From an uncultured Methylomirabilota bacterium (GTDB taxonomy: Bacteria > Methylomirabilota > Methylomirabilia > Methylomirabilales > 2-02-FULL-66-22): a DNA stretch of 64,000 bases. Positions within the stretch are counted from its first letter, which is position 1. The number at the start of each line of letters is the position of its first letter. Below, piece by piece: positions 10,339-21,592 of the stretch. The DNA lies in the NCBI GenBank assembly GCA_963845565.1, contig CAWJSJ010000002.1:224001-288000 (forward strand), written 5' to 3'. The position numbers were made by a program, and so were the translations under genes. The notes below the pieces were generated by a model. The model saw only the letters and a list, made by a program, of their open reading frames with translations, ran no database searches and was not told the DNA's origin.

Positions 10339-12035
10339 CAAAGAGGGCGTCCTTCCTATTCCAAACCCAGACGGGTCATTATTTGCTGCTGCTCGCGGTG
10401 ACCGCCGCGCTTACGCTCCCCAGCCTGGGCACGCATAGCCTGTGGGACATCGACGAGGGGCTCAACGCGGAAGCCGCCCGGGAGATGCTGGTCCGCGGCA
10501 ACTGGATCACACCCACCTTCAATGGCGAACTGCGCGCCGCCAAACCGGCCTTGCTCTACTGGCTCCAGATGGTTTCGTACCTGGCATTCGGCGTGAACGA
10601 ATGGGCCGCCCGGCTTCCCAGCGTCCTGGCGACGTGGGCCAGCGTGCTCCTCACCTACGGATTGACCAGGCGAATGTTCGACGCTCGCACGGGGTTATTG
10701 GCCGGATTGGTGCTGATTACCTCGGTCGAGGTTTGCCTGCTCGCTCACGCCGCCACGCCCGACGCCGTGCTGCTGGCGTGCACGCTACTCACTTTCTACG
10801 CCTTTTGGCGCGGCTCGGCCGACGGGGGCCGGGCATGGTTCGTTCCGACCGGCATCGCGGCGGGTCTGGCCGCGCTCGCGAAAGGACCGGTGGGCGTCTT
10901 GTTGCCCGCCATGATCATCGGGCTCTTCTTTCTGTGGAACGGCCAGTGGCGCCGGCTGGCCGACCGCCGGCTGATTTCCGGTGGGGTGGCGTTCGCGCTG
11001 GTGGCGCTGCCATGGTATGTGGCGGTGTCGGTGACCACCCAGTCCACGTTCATCCGCGACTTCTTGGGGAAGAACAACGTTGCTCGCTTCCTGCAGCCGA
11101 TGGAGGGTCACGCCGGCCCGCCGTACTACCACGTCGTGGGCTTGCTGGTCTTCTTCGCTCCCTGGTGTGTCTTCTTGGGGCCGACGCTCTGGTATGCGTG
11201 GCGCGAGAGCCGTAGTCGGACCCTTCCCGGGTTTCGTCCGCCCCACGGCGCGCCCCCCGACCCGGCCGAATCTGCAGCCGCGCGTCGCGGGATGGAGGCT
11301 TGCCGTCTGCTGATCTGCTGGTTTGCAGCCTATTTGGTCGTATTCTCCATCGCCGCGACCAAGTTGCCGAATTACGTGCTTCCCCTCTATCCGGCGCTGG
11401 CCATTCTCACCGCCCGGACGCTGATCCAATGGGGCGACCGTCAGATCCAGCCGGCTGCCTGGGTCGCGGCGACCAGCGCCATCGGGATCGCACTGATCGG
11501 CGTCGTCACATCGGTCGGGTTGTTGGTGGCCGGCGGCACACTTCCTGTGCCGTTCGCAAGAGTCCAGCCACTGGCCGGCCTGGAACAGTGGGCGTGGCTG
11601 GGCCTGCTCCTGGTGGCCGGGGCGGGGGCAGCGTTCGCGTGTTACCGTCGTGACCAGCGCGGGGGCGCGATCGTCAGCGTGACGGCCGCGGCGGTCGCCT
11701 TCATGGGTGGAATCGCGGCGGGTCCGCCGGTGACCCTCGACGCCCACAAGGCCCCGCGGGCGTTGATCGCAGCCACCCGTCTCGAGGCGGACGCCCAAGT
11801 GGCGAGTCTCGGTTGGTTCCAACCGTCGCTGGTCTTCTACGCCCGCCGGGACGTGCTGAAGCTCCAGGATCTTGAGGGCGCGAAGGCATTCCTCGCACAG
11901 TCACGGCCGTCCTATCTGTTCGTCCCGGTAGGACTGTGGAAGCAGATCGCGCCGCAGTTCTCCACACCGCATGCGGAAGTGGCGCGGCACTACGACTTCT
12001 ATCGGCGAACCGACGTGGTGGTGGTGCGGAATTAG
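10335..12035 (+). CDS. ArnT/GT39-type membrane glycosyltransferase
   Basis: LWDIDEG, KPALLYW, AARLPS, KGPVG, TKLPNY motifs; ATGA overlap with upstream gene. Confidence 0.9.
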   Translation: MTKRASFLFQTQTGHYLLLLAVTAALTLPSLGTHSLWDIDEGLNAEAAREMLVRGNWITPTFNGELRAAKPALLYWLQMVSYLAFGVNEWAARLPSVLATWASVLLTYGLTRRMFDARTGLLAGLVLITSVEVCLLAHAATPDAVLLACTLLTFYAFWRGSADGGRAWFVPTGIAAGLAALAKGPVGVLLPAMIIGLFFLWNGQWRRLADRRLISGGVAFALVALPWYVAVSVTTQSTFIRDFLGKNNVARFLQPMEGHAGPPYYHVVGLLVFFAPWCVFLGPTLWYAWRESRSRTLPGFRPPHGAPPDPAESAAARRGMEACRLLICWFAAYLVVFSIAATKLPNYVLPLYPALAILTARTLIQWGDRQIQPAAWVAATSAIGIALIGVVTSVGLLVAGGTLPVPFARVQPLAGLEQWAWLGLLLVAGAGAAFACYRRDQRGGAIVSVTAAAVAFMGGIAAGPPVTLDAHKAPRALIAATRLEADAQVASLGWFQPSLVFYARRDVLKLQDLEGAKAFLAQSRPSYLFVPVGLWKQIAPQFSTPHAEVARHYDFYRRTDVVVVRN

Positions 12036-12055
12036 ATACGGATTCCGGCGAACAT

Positions 12056-12820
12056 CTACGGCACCATCCAGCCCCACTTCGCGAAGATCTTGCCGCCCTC
12101 GGGGGATTGGACGAACTCCACGAATTTCCGTGCGGCTTCCTTCGTCTTCCCTTGCCGGGTCAGCGCAATCCCCGCGTCCCGGTAGACCTGATACTCCTCC
12201 TTGATCGGGACGAGGTCGGCCAGCTCCTTGTTGGCGACTTGCCAGATGTTCCAGATCAGCCAGGCGTCGAGATCCGTCTTCTCGATCCAGGCCTTCTTTG
12301 CCTCGGCGCTATTCGCCGCGAAGACGGCGATGTTCTTCCGGAAAGCCCGGACCGTCTGGATGTTCCCCTTCCGCCCCGCCACGTCCTCCCAGACGCCGGT
12401 CTGCCCGGCCCCCTGCACCACGAGGATCTTCGTTCCGGGCGCCAGCAGGTCTTCGAATCCCTTGAATCCTTTCGGATTGCCTGGGCGCACGAGGATCGCT
12501 ATGGGGCGGAGATACAGCGAGGCCACAGTGGCCTCGTCGATCCGTCCCTCCATCGCCTTGATGAAGTCGGTCATCATGTACTCGGCACCGCTGAAGATGA
12601 TGTCCGCATCGGCCTTGGCCTTTTCCAGCCACTGCGGAGTGGGGCCCGCCGTCACCTCCACGGTCACCCCGTTCGCTTTGCCGAACACTTCCGCCGCCTC
12701 CCGCATGGCGGGAAATGGCCCGCCCGGACCGTATGCCCGAAGGACCTCCTGCGCCTGGACCGACGGAACCGAAGTGATCAACAGACCCAGCAACAGACCG
12801 AGCATCAATACTCGCCGCAT
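12056..12820 (-). CDS. AcfC-family periplasmic substrate-binding protein (ModA-like fold)
   Basis: Signal peptide, YGPGGP, ADIIFSGAEYMM, GAGQTGVWEDVAG. Confidence 0.85.
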   Translation of the reverse strand: MRRVLMLGLLLGLLITSVPSVQAQEVLRAYGPGGPFPAMREAAEVFGKANGVTVEVTAGPTPQWLEKAKADADIIFSGAEYMMTDFIKAMEGRIDEATVASLYLRPIAILVRPGNPKGFKGFEDLLAPGTKILVVQGAGQTGVWEDVAGRKGNIQTVRAFRKNIAVFAANSAEAKKAWIEKTDLDAWLIWNIWQVANKELADLVPIKEEYQVYRDAGIALTRQGKTKEAARKFVEFVQSPEGGKIFAKWGWMVP

Positions 12821-12838
12821 GTTCCCCTCCTGAGTTGG

Positions 12839-12905
12839 TTTTCGTTACGGCTCCTTATGCCGTTTCGGAATGTCTCCGCTCAACTAATCCTTTGACAACG
12901 GCTTA
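12839..12905 (-). repeat. Mini-repeat family 2, copy a
   Basis: Reverse complement of 12840-12902 matches 22591-22653 at 61/63 nt. Confidence 0.9.
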
Positions 12906-13193
12906 TGCGCCGAACCCCGGATGCGCCGGGTTGCCCGATAGATAGGAGACAGATTTTCCTGAAAGGGTTCCGGGAAACGCCGCGGCGCCACGATTGGGCA
13001 GGTCAATTCCGCTGCCCAGCGGTTGCGGTGGCCAACGGGCGGAACCCTTAAGAGAAACGCCGCCAGCGGACTCTCTGCCCAGTAACGGCCGTGCGTGGCG
13101 GAAGGGGGCTGAAACATAGAGGCATCCGAAGCGACGCGATGGGAAGTGCAGCAGGAATGGCTCAACTCGCCGGGTTCCCCGCTCACTGCTCGG

Positions 13194-13763
13194 CTATGTC
13201 GTCGGACGAAAGAGTCGGATCCTGCGTCCCTGGCGGGTGAATCGAGCGCGGAGTTGCCGCGATGCCGTGCGGTAGGAGCTCCGCTCCTCCGGGTACGCAG
13301 CGAAGATCTGGCGCCAGATCGCCATGCTCTGATTCACGAACTCCTGGCGGAGATCCATCTGACGGCCGATCAGGGGACAGAGCCGTGCGGCGCCATACAT
13401 GTACGTCAATCCGATGAACCGGCCCCGGGCATCCAGATACGGCTCCAGCGGGAACATCCGGCAGGTCAGGGATCGGTAGGGCCGATCGCAGTGGCGCGGG
13501 GCTACGCAGCGGGCCAGCGCGACGTGCTCGGCCCAGGTCGCCACTGCCCGTCGCTCGGCCGGGTTCCGGGGGCGCATCCCATGCCAGCAGGTCGTCCGGG
13601 CTCTCGCCCAGGCGAGCTCGTCGCCGAACACGACCAGCGGCAGCCGTCGGGAGTCACAGCAGGCCGCGATCCCCCGCGGGCCTTGGCGGCACAGGGCGCC
13701 GCAATCCCCCTCCGTGGCACACGCGGTGAAATCCTGGTACATCCGTTCCCAATCGAACTGCAC
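13194..13763 (-). CDS. Cysteine-cluster protein (YkgJ/CxxCxxCC-like, putative Zn/Fe-S binding)
   Basis: C..DCGALC...ACC and C...HC...RSLTCRMFP patterns; GGAGG RBS before GTG. Confidence 0.7.
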   Translation of the reverse strand: MQFDWERMYQDFTACATEGDCGALCRQGPRGIAACCDSRRLPLVVFGDELAWARARTTCWHGMRPRNPAERRAVATWAEHVALARCVAPRHCDRPYRSLTCRMFPLEPYLDARGRFIGLTYMYGAARLCPLIGRQMDLRQEFVNQSMAIWRQIFAAYPEERSSYRTASRQLRARFTRQGRRIRLFRPTT

Positions 13764-13830
13764 GGCAGCCCTCCACCCCAGCCGTCAGAATCGGTCCTTG
13801 GAAGGGACATCCGGGGTCGGTGACCCCGGA

Positions 13831-13859
13831 CTTGTACGCCGCCCCCGGCCCGCTGTCAA
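13831..13859 (-). promoter_or_regulatory. Putative sigma70 promoter
   Basis: TTGACA-N17-TACAAG on minus strand, followed by a 9-bp perfect inverted repeat (13810-13830). Confidence 0.55.
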
Positions 13860-13914
13860 GCGAGGACGCGTGCAAACCGTCCGCGCGCCAGTGGCGCGGT
13901 GCTTGCCCGGCGCG

Positions 13915-14847
13915 TCACGCACCGCTGGCGACCGGGACGGTCGTGGATGGCGCCCTCCAGAGCTGGGACGTCAGCATGCCGCAGAGCATGAGGACGCAGC
14001 CCGCGAATGCCCGGGGCGTCAGGGTCTCGCCCAGGATGAGCCACCCGCCGATGGCGGCGAAGACCGCCTCGAGGCTCAAGATGATGGCCGCGTGGGCCGG
14101 CTTGGCGCTCTTCTGGGCCACCACCTGGAGGGTGTAGGCCACCCCCACGGACAGGACGCCGCCGTACAGGATGGGAACGGCGGCCGACAGATATCGGCCC
14201 ACCGCATTCTGTTCGACCGCGGCGGAGACGATCAGGCTGAGGGCGGCGCAGCCCGCGTACTGCAGGAAGGCGATCTTCAGCGGGTCGTGCCTGGGCGAGA
14301 GCCAGCCGATGAGATGCACGTGGCCGGCCCAGAAGAAGGCGCCGATGAGCACCAGGAGGTCGCCCGGAGAGATCGTGAATCCATCGACGACACTCAGCAG
14401 ATACAGGCCGACGGCGGCCAGCGCGGCGCCGGTCCAGGTTCCCGCATGCGTCCTGTGGCCGAGCGCGATCCCGATGATGGGCACCAGGACCACGTAGAGC
14501 CCCGTGATAAAACCGGCATTGCCCGCGGTGGTGTAGACCAGGGCAACCTGCTGGAACGACGCCCCGGCAAAGAGAACCAGCCCGGCCAGCAGCCCCCCGC
14601 CGAGGCTGGAGGACGAAAACACTCCGGCGCGGCCCGATGGCCGTTCAACCCCACGCGCGCCGTTCCTGCAGAGGAGGGGCAGGAGCACCAGGCAGCCCAG
14701 GACGAACCGCACGCCGTTGAACCCGAAAGGGCCGACGTGCTCCATGCCGACGCGCTGCGCCACGAAGGCGAAGCCCCAGATGACGGCGGTGATAAGAAGA
14801 AGGCCATCGGCCCGCACCGTCTGATTGCCCTGATCGATCCGCGTCAT
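13915..14847 (-). CDS. DMT/EamA family transporter
   Basis: IWGFAFVAQR, AGFITGLYVV, LEAVFA; ten TM segments. Confidence 0.9.
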   Translation of the reverse strand: MTRIDQGNQTVRADGLLLITAVIWGFAFVAQRVGMEHVGPFGFNGVRFVLGCLVLLPLLCRNGARGVERPSGRAGVFSSSSLGGGLLAGLVLFAGASFQQVALVYTTAGNAGFITGLYVVLVPIIGIALGHRTHAGTWTGAALAAVGLYLLSVVDGFTISPGDLLVLIGAFFWAGHVHLIGWLSPRHDPLKIAFLQYAGCAALSLIVSAAVEQNAVGRYLSAAVPILYGGVLSVGVAYTLQVVAQKSAKPAHAAIILSLEAVFAAIGGWLILGETLTPRAFAGCVLMLCGMLTSQLWRAPSTTVPVASGA

Positions 14848-14877
14848 GAATCCGAAAACCCTATGGTCGGCTTGTCG

Positions 14878-16715
14878 TCACGCCGGGATGCCGGTGGCGA
14901 GTTCCAACGCGGCGAGTCGCTCGGGCGTTGGGATGCCGTCCCGAGTCCAGCCGCGCAGATCGTAATATTCATCCAGCATCCGGTCCAGCTCCTCGGGCGG
15001 GCAGTACATACCCTTGGAGGGCCCCTCCGGGATCGGCTCATACTGGACGCGCCAGGGCAGCGTGTCGTCCTTGCGTGAAATCCCTTCCCGGCAGTTGAAC
15101 GCCCGCTCCAGGTTCACGATCCGCTCGCCGATACGCGTGAGCTCGGCGAGGTCCAGCCCCCACCCGGTGGCCGCGTTCACCATCCGGACATAGTTGTCGT
15201 TGAGAAACACCCCGTAACCGCCGCGCTCGGTGGTGAAGCGGCACATGATCAGCGAGTCGCCCACCGCCGCGAAATGTTGGCTGCGAACGGCAAAGGCGGC
15301 CTTACCGTCCGGACTGCGTCGGTCGAAGTCAGGCGAATACTGGGGCACCGGACGGGTGTCGTGGTGGCTGCCGCCGCGCGTGCCGGTGGCATATCCGACG
15401 CTCATCCCCTTGAGGGCGCGCGCCGAGTGGCCGGCGATCTCCAGCCCCTTCACGGCGTAGGTGAGTTTCTGCGCCTCCGGGCCGAGTGTCGCCGCCATGC
15501 GAGCCGATCCGTCCGCCAGCACGTCCCCGAACCCCTCGCGCCGCGCAGTCATCTCGATCAGGCGATTGATCGCCCGATGATCGCCCCAGCGGAGCGGCAT
15601 GCCGACCTGATTTTCCGTCAGAAAGCCTCTTTCGACGCACTCCATGGCGAAGGCGATCGTCACGCCCATGCTGATGGTATCCAGGCCGAGCTGGTCGCAC
15701 AGCTCCTCGGCCTTGATCAGCGAAGCCGGGTCCAGGTTGCCGCACATGGGGCCCAGCGCGTAAATGCTCTCGTACTCGGGCATCTTCCACACGGTGCCGG
15801 CGTACTCCCCCGCCTTCACCTCGAACGTCTTTCCGCAGGCCACCGAACACTTGTTGCAGGTGGTGTCCTTCTGCCGGAACTCCTCGCGGTAGCGCTCGGC
15901 CCCCACCCGCTCGGCGTCCGGCGAGCACTCCATCCGATTGTTGAAGAACCCTAGGCCCCCCATGGTGTTGATGCTCTTGACCAGGTTGGGCGTCCCGTAG
16001 GTGTGCAGGTTGAACGTCCCCGTCTTGAGCGGCTCGCGCATCTCCGCGACCAGGCCCTTCAACGACTCCACGTTCGCGAATTCCGGCTTCTGCTTGCCGC
16101 GCACGACCAGCGCCTTGACGTTCTTCGACCCCAGGACGGCCGCCAGGCCCCCGCGGGCGGCGATGCCCTCGCGGTTCTTCCAGTAGTGGGCCAGGGACGA
16201 GAACCGCACGCGCTTTTCGCCCGCCGGGCCGATGCTCATGACGTCGCCGTCCTGACCCTCCAGGCCAAGGATCGTCTGGGCCGCCTCCAGCGTCCGCTTG
16301 CCCCAGAGATCCTTGGCGGATTTGAGCGTGGCGCCCTGCTCGTCCACCACCACATAGACCGGCTCGGCCGCGGCGCCGGCAAGGATGATGGCATCGAAAC
16401 CGGTATGCCGCTGGGCGCCCGGGAACCGCCCGCCGTATGTCGAATCGAAGAACAGACCGTTCAGGGGCGACTTTCCCCCCAGGCAGCCCCGGCTGTTGCC
16501 CGGGATCGGGCTATCCGTCACCGGCCCGGTACAGAAGACCACCAGATTTCGGGGATCGAAGGGATCGATACCGGCGGGAATACGGTCGTAACAGAGCTTG
16601 ACTGCGAACCCATTGCCCCCGAGATACGTCCGCGCAAAGTCCGCATCGAGTGCCTCGACCGTCTGCCGCCCGCTGCCCAGTCGACCGTCAGGACCCTGCC
16701 CCCGTACCCGTACAT
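14878..16715 (-). CDS. aor: Aldehyde:ferredoxin oxidoreductase (tungsten AOR family), frameshifted in the N-terminal part
   Basis: MYGYGGRVLTVD start (16715), KSPL, IGPAGE, GSKNVKA, CxxCxxxC, EYES, DQLGLDTIS, DDTLP. Confidence 0.9.
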
Positions 16716-16887
16716 CGTCTCAACCTCCAGCGTGTTGGCGAAGGGCGTGCGTGGTTCCGGACCCGCCCACATCATGCGCGGCGCCGCGTGCCGAGATCAT
16801 CTTACAGGAGTAGCGCGCGGTTTCGCAACGGCAGGAAGCGGCCGGAGCGTCATCGGTAAACGCTTGCGCTCACGGGGCGGCACGCGA

Positions 16888-16910
16888 GACGCACCCCTTC
16901 GGGCTGCGTC
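16888..16910 (-). terminator. Hairpin downstream of ADH gene
   Basis: GACGCACCCC-TTCG-GGCTGCGTC (forward strand), imperfect stem. Confidence 0.35.
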
Positions 16911-16940
16911 GGATCGGAAAGGTACAGGATCGGTGGCCGG

Positions 16941-17901
16941 TCAGTTTCGCACGACCACCTTGATGGCCGCGGGGTCCTTGTCCGCCACCTCGAACGCCTC
17001 GACGACTTTCGCTAGCGGAAACTCGTGGGTGATCAGCGAGCGCACATCCACCAGTCCCTGCACCACCGGCCGAAGGGCCCACGGCGTCCAGATGGCGCGC
17101 TCCTGCTCTGTGTGGTGCACCAGACCGGTCGTGCGGATCTGCAGGCCGTCGTCGTGCCAGCGACCGATGTTGAGCGTGACCGGCTGCGTGATCCAGCTAT
17201 AGAGGGCGAGGATCCCATTATGCTTCAGCATGGCGGTCGCCTGGTTCATGCTGGCCTCGCTGCCGGCCGCCTCCACGACGACGTCCGCGCCCCGCCCCTT
17301 GGTCAGCTCGAGGACAGCCTGGACGGGATCCTGCGCCTTGGCGTTGACGACCACATCGCTCCCCAAGCGTCTGGCGATGTCCAGCTTGTGTTCCGCCACG
17401 TCGACAGCCACGACTTTGTGGGCGCCCATGCGCTTGACCGCCTGGGCGATGATCCCTCCGGCGAATCCCATACCGTAGACGACGACCACGTCCCCGAGTT
17501 GCGCGCCGCAGGTGAGGGCCGAGTACATCGCGCAGGCGATGGGCTCTCCCAGGGACGCCAGGTCCATGTCGAGGCCGTCGGGGACGGGTTGCAGACCCGA
17601 AACCGGGACGACGTAGTAATCGGCGAAGGTGTTGCACCAGTTGAACACCATCACCTTGTCGCCCAGGCTTGTATTCCCGGACCTTGGCCCCCACCTCGAC
17701 CACCGTCCCGCCGCTCTCGTGGCCGATCCAGAGCGGCAGCGTGATCTTCTCGGGAATGTCGCCGCGGTACATGGCCTTGTCGGAGCCGCAGATGCCGGAG
17801 AGGTGCCCCTTGACCAGCACCTCTTCCGGCCCCACGGGCAACTCCCGCTCGGCAAGCACGATCTTCCCCGGGGCTTTCAACTGAGTGGCTCGCGTCTTCA
17901 T
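16941..17901 (-). CDS. Zinc-dependent (MDR) alcohol dehydrogenase lacking the structural-Zn lobe; frameshift near 17670
   Basis: GICGSD, GHE, EPIAC, GxGxxG variant GMGFAG; halves lie in two ORF-track frames. Confidence 0.85.
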
Positions 17902-17948
17902 CGGTTCTTCTCCTGCTGGCCCAGACGGCCGATCCGTAGCGGACAACC

Positions 17949-19462
17949 TCACGCGGGCTTCACCGCAGCCGGGCGCAGGCTCTTCAACCCCCATTGAATC
18001 AACGGCGTGAGATACGCGAGGATCGCCGCCGTCATGAAGAGAAGGGCGATGGGCCGCGTAAAGAAGATGGCGAGACTGCCCCCGGAGAGCATGAGGGACT
18101 GACGCAGGGAGTTCTCGGCCAACCGCCCCAGGACCAGCCCCAGGACCAGCGGGACGATGGGGTACTTGAGCTTGCTCATCATATAACCCAGCACGCCGAA
18201 TCCGAGCATCATCCAGACATCGAAGAGGTTGTTGCTCACAGTGAATGCACCCACCGATCGCGAAGACCACGATGAAGCCCATCAAGATGGTGTAGGGCAC
18301 CCGCAGGATCATGACGAAGAAGGGGATCAGAAAAATGTTCATCAGCAGCAGGATGAGGTTGCCGATGAACTTGCTGGAGATGAGGCCCCAGACGAGATCG
18401 GCGTTGTTCTGGAAGAGCAGGGGGCCGGGCGAATCCCCCACATCATGAAAGCCCGCCAGCATGACGGCCGTGGTGGGGGATCCTGGGATGCCCAGGGCCA
18501 GCAGCGGGGCAAAGCCGCTGATGGAGGCCGCGTTGTTCGCCGCCTCGGGTGCAGGCGACGCCCTCGATGACTCCGGTGCCGAACTTCTCCGGATGCTTGG
18601 ACAGACGCTTCTCGGCGAGATACGCGAGAAATGATGCGGTCGTGATGCCCCCGGCGGGGATCAAGCCGACGAAGAAACCGATGATCCCGCCGCGAACGAT
18701 GGCCCACCGCGATGCCAGCCACTCCGCTCGCGTGAGGAAGAGGTCCTTGAGTCGCATCTTCTGCTTGATGAGATTCCCCTCGTCGGGGTTCTCGATACTG
18801 TTGAAGATCTCGGTCAGGCCGAAGATACCGCAGATGATCACGATGAAGTCCACGCCGCCGAGCAGTTGGGGAACGCCGAAGGAGAACCGGGGCACCCCGG
18901 ACACCACGTCCAGCCCGATCGTCGCGATGAAGACAGCCCATCAGCGTGGCGGCGATGGACTTGATGGGCTCGTCTCCTCCGAAGACGGTGAGCAGACCGA
19001 AGGACATGAGCGCCAGGCCGAAGTATTCGGGCGGCCCGAAGCGGAGGGCGAAGTTGGCCAGCGCCGGTGCGAAGCACATCAGCAGGGCGACGGCGATCGT
19101 TCCCGCGATCCAGGACCCGATGGCCGCCGAGGAGAGCGCCGCGCCGGCCCGGCCCTTGAGGGCCATCTGGTACCCGTCCAGACAGGTCATGACCGTCGAG
19201 GACTCGCCCGGGATGTTGATGAGGACCGACGTGATCGTTCCGCCGTACGCGACCCCGTAGTAGATGCCGGCAAACATGATAATGGCCGAGGTGGGGTTCA
19301 AGTGAACGTCATGGGAAGCAGCAGGGCCACGGCGGTCGGCGCCCCGATGCCCGGCAGCACGCCGACGAGCTGTCCGATGAAAGCCCCGGCAAGGCAGTAT
19401 AGGATGTTTGTCGGGGTCAGGGAGATGGAGAATCCCATGTACAGATTCTGGAGGATATCCAT
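17949..19462 (-). CDS. tctA: Tripartite tricarboxylate transporter permease TctA (several frameshifts)
   Basis: Start MDILQNLYMGF; VGVLPGIG, YGGTITSVLINIPG, FGPPEYF, LGLVLG...AENSLRQSL spread across frames. Confidence 0.9.
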
Positions 19463-19490
19463 GCGTGCAGACCCTTTCTATTCGATCAAT

Positions 19491-19934
19491 CTACCAACCC
19501 GCAATCCCCGTCGGAAGCGGGATGCTCAGCCACTGACCAAAGACAAAATGAATGCCGATGGCCGCGCCCACGAACGTGAGGGCGCACATCAGGAGGCCGT
19601 GCTTTCCGATGATCCTCATCGAGACCGCCGTGAAAGCGCCAGACCGACCGAAAGCCCAGGAGCGGCAAGAGGAGAAGGCCACCACGATCATGGCCAACAT
19701 TTGAATTCCAATACGGGTACGGGGCTTGAAAAAGGCCTCGCCCTTGTCCGGCGTCTTGAGGGCTTTCAGGATGATGGCGATGGCGCGACCAGCGAGACCC
19801 ACGCCCAACCAGAGGGGCAACAGGCCGGGGCCGGGGCCGTACTCCGACATGTATGGGAACTGCGAAGAGAAAAAGACAATCGAAAGCCCGAACAGCAGGA
19901 CAATCACCCCGCCGAGGAGATCTGCGAACCGCAT
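19491..19934 (-). CDS. tctB: TctB family small membrane protein
   Basis: GPGPG..P motif, C-terminal F..WLSIPLP.G, position between tctC and tctA. Confidence 0.85.
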   Translation of the reverse strand: MRFADLLGGVIVLLFGLSIVFFSSQFPYMSEYGPGPGLLPLWLGVGLAGRAIAIILKALKTPDKGEAFFKPRTRIGIQMLAMIVVAFSSCRSWAFGRSGAFTAVSMRIIGKHGLLMCALTFVGAAIGIHFVFGQWLSIPLPTGIAGW

Positions 19935-20049
19935 GCGCTCTTCCTCTCAATAAAAGACCCCGCGGCGAGCCACGCAGGAGGCGGTGCCAGGACCGGACTT
20001 CGCGCGGCCTGCCGCGGGGAGTGAGCCCGCTTCGTTTTCCGAATCGAGG

Positions 20050-21045
20050 TTACTTGATCAAACCCAAGTCCTTCAGGATGTCGCCGAAGAGCTTCTCGTT
20101 CTTTGCGACAAACTGGGAGAAGTCCTTGCTCCCCATCCAGGTCGGGCTGAGCATGTATTTCTTCAGGTACCCCTCCTTCCATCCGGAGGAATCGCTCATG
20201 CGCTTCATCATGGTCTCGTAGAACGCCGCGGTCTCCGCCGGGATGCCGGGCGGTGCGGCGATGCCCCGGAAAAAGTCGAAGGTGAAGTTACTACCCGACT
20301 CCATGAAGGTTGGAACGTCGGGAAGCAGGGCGAGGCGTTTGTCGTTGGCAACGGCGAGCGGGCGGACCAGCTTCGCCTCGTACTGCGGCACGAACTCACT
20401 CGGGTTGGCCCAGATCATGTCAACATGGCCGCCGAGCAAAGCGGTGATACATTCACCGCCGCTATTAAAGGGAACGTAACGCAGCTTGATGTCCGCCGCC
20501 TTTTCGAAGAGGCGATTGGTCATCTGGTCTTCCTGGCCCGTGGCCGTCCCCCCGATGGTGACGCCTCCGGGTTTCTGCTTCGCGGCCGCCACCGTATCCT
20601 GAATCGTCTTGAAGGGGGAGTCCGCCTTGACGACGATCAACTGCTCGTCCGCGGCCAGCCCGGCGATCATGGTGAGGTCCCGATAAGTAGCCGCACCCTT
20701 TCCCACCACCAACGGGCCGGCGACCTGCCCGGAGATAAAGGTCAAGAGCATGTGAGTGTTGCCGGACGCCTGGGCGACGTTCGTCGTCCCGATGGTCGCG
20801 CTGCCTCCGGGCTGATTGACGATGAGCATCTGGACCGGCGAGAGTTTCTCGGCCTTGACGATGCTGTCGATCGAGCGCGCGAACACGTCGCTTCCGCCGC
20901 CTGGCGCATAGGGAACCACGAACTGAATCGGTTTGGTCGGCTTGAACTCTCCTGCGGCCGCTACGCTCACCATCCCCACGAGCAACGCCAGCACCATGGT
21001 CATAGTTACACAGAGCAGACTTCGTCTTCCAAAACTCGCCTTCAT
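20050..21045 (-). CDS. tctC: TctC/Bug periplasmic binding protein
   Basis: VPYAPGGGSD, NQPGG, YVPFNSGGE, LLGGHVD, PDVPT. Confidence 0.93.
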   Translation of the reverse strand: MKASFGRRSLLCVTMTMVLALLVGMVSVAAAGEFKPTKPIQFVVPYAPGGGSDVFARSIDSIVKAEKLSPVQMLIVNQPGGSATIGTTNVAQASGNTHMLLTFISGQVAGPLVVGKGAATYRDLTMIAGLAADEQLIVVKADSPFKTIQDTVAAAKQKPGGVTIGGTATGQEDQMTNRLFEKAADIKLRYVPFNSGGECITALLGGHVDMIWANPSEFVPQYEAKLVRPLAVANDKRLALLPDVPTFMESGSNFTFDFFRGIAAPPGIPAETAAFYETMMKRMSDSSGWKEGYLKKYMLSPTWMGSKDFSQFVAKNEKLFGDILKDLGLIK

Positions 21046-21131
21046 GTGGCTTCCTCCTCAGATTTCGGTGTATCGAGCGCGGAGACCGGACGTCGTCGGA
21101 CAACGCACGCGTTTCGCCTGTCCTGCCCCGC

Positions 21132-21161
21132 ACGCTAGCAATCGCGGCACGGCACTGTCAA
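21132..21161 (-). promoter_or_regulatory. Putative sigma70 promoter of the tct operon
   Basis: TTGACA-N18-TAGCGT with TGn extension. Confidence 0.5.
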
Positions 21162-21508
21162 GCGGGAATGGGGAAATGTTTCACATGTCTGACCGCACCT
21201 CCGACACGGCGGATTCACGCCACGCGTTTCCGGGACGCAGGCGAACGACCCGGTCACGTGTCCAGAATCTCTCTTCCAACAAGAGGGTGGCGCTCCTGAT
21301 TGTCAAGGCAGCCCGTTTTTATGCTCACGAAGACATATTTATTTAACCGCCGGACTGACCAGCGGACGGGGTCTCGGCGATAAACCGCTTGTGATCTCCG
21401 CCACCGCCCGCGTCCCAGAGAGAGCGGGGCCACGTCTTTCCGGTAGGGCCCGGAACGCGAGGGCTTTCCCATGTACTCCCCGGAAGAGAATGCTCGTATT
21501 TGTCCGTA

Positions 21509-21591
21509 TTGTATCCAACTCTCCTTGACATGGCCAGACTTGGTCAGGTATAAGCGGTTCGGCACCAATTGGTGCCACCTCTTGGATACAA
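21509..21591 (+). promoter_or_regulatory. gntR promoter flanked by two GntR/FadR-type operator-like sites
   Basis: TTGACA (21525)-N18-TATAAG; TTGTATCCAA (21509) and TTGGATACAA (21582) are exact reverse complements. Confidence 0.6.
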
Positions 21592-21592
21592 A

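Noticed and set aside
16720..16940. Moco/Tuco riboswitch upstream of aor1
   Set aside because: Consensus elements not recognisable; only one hairpin and a promoter-like motif.
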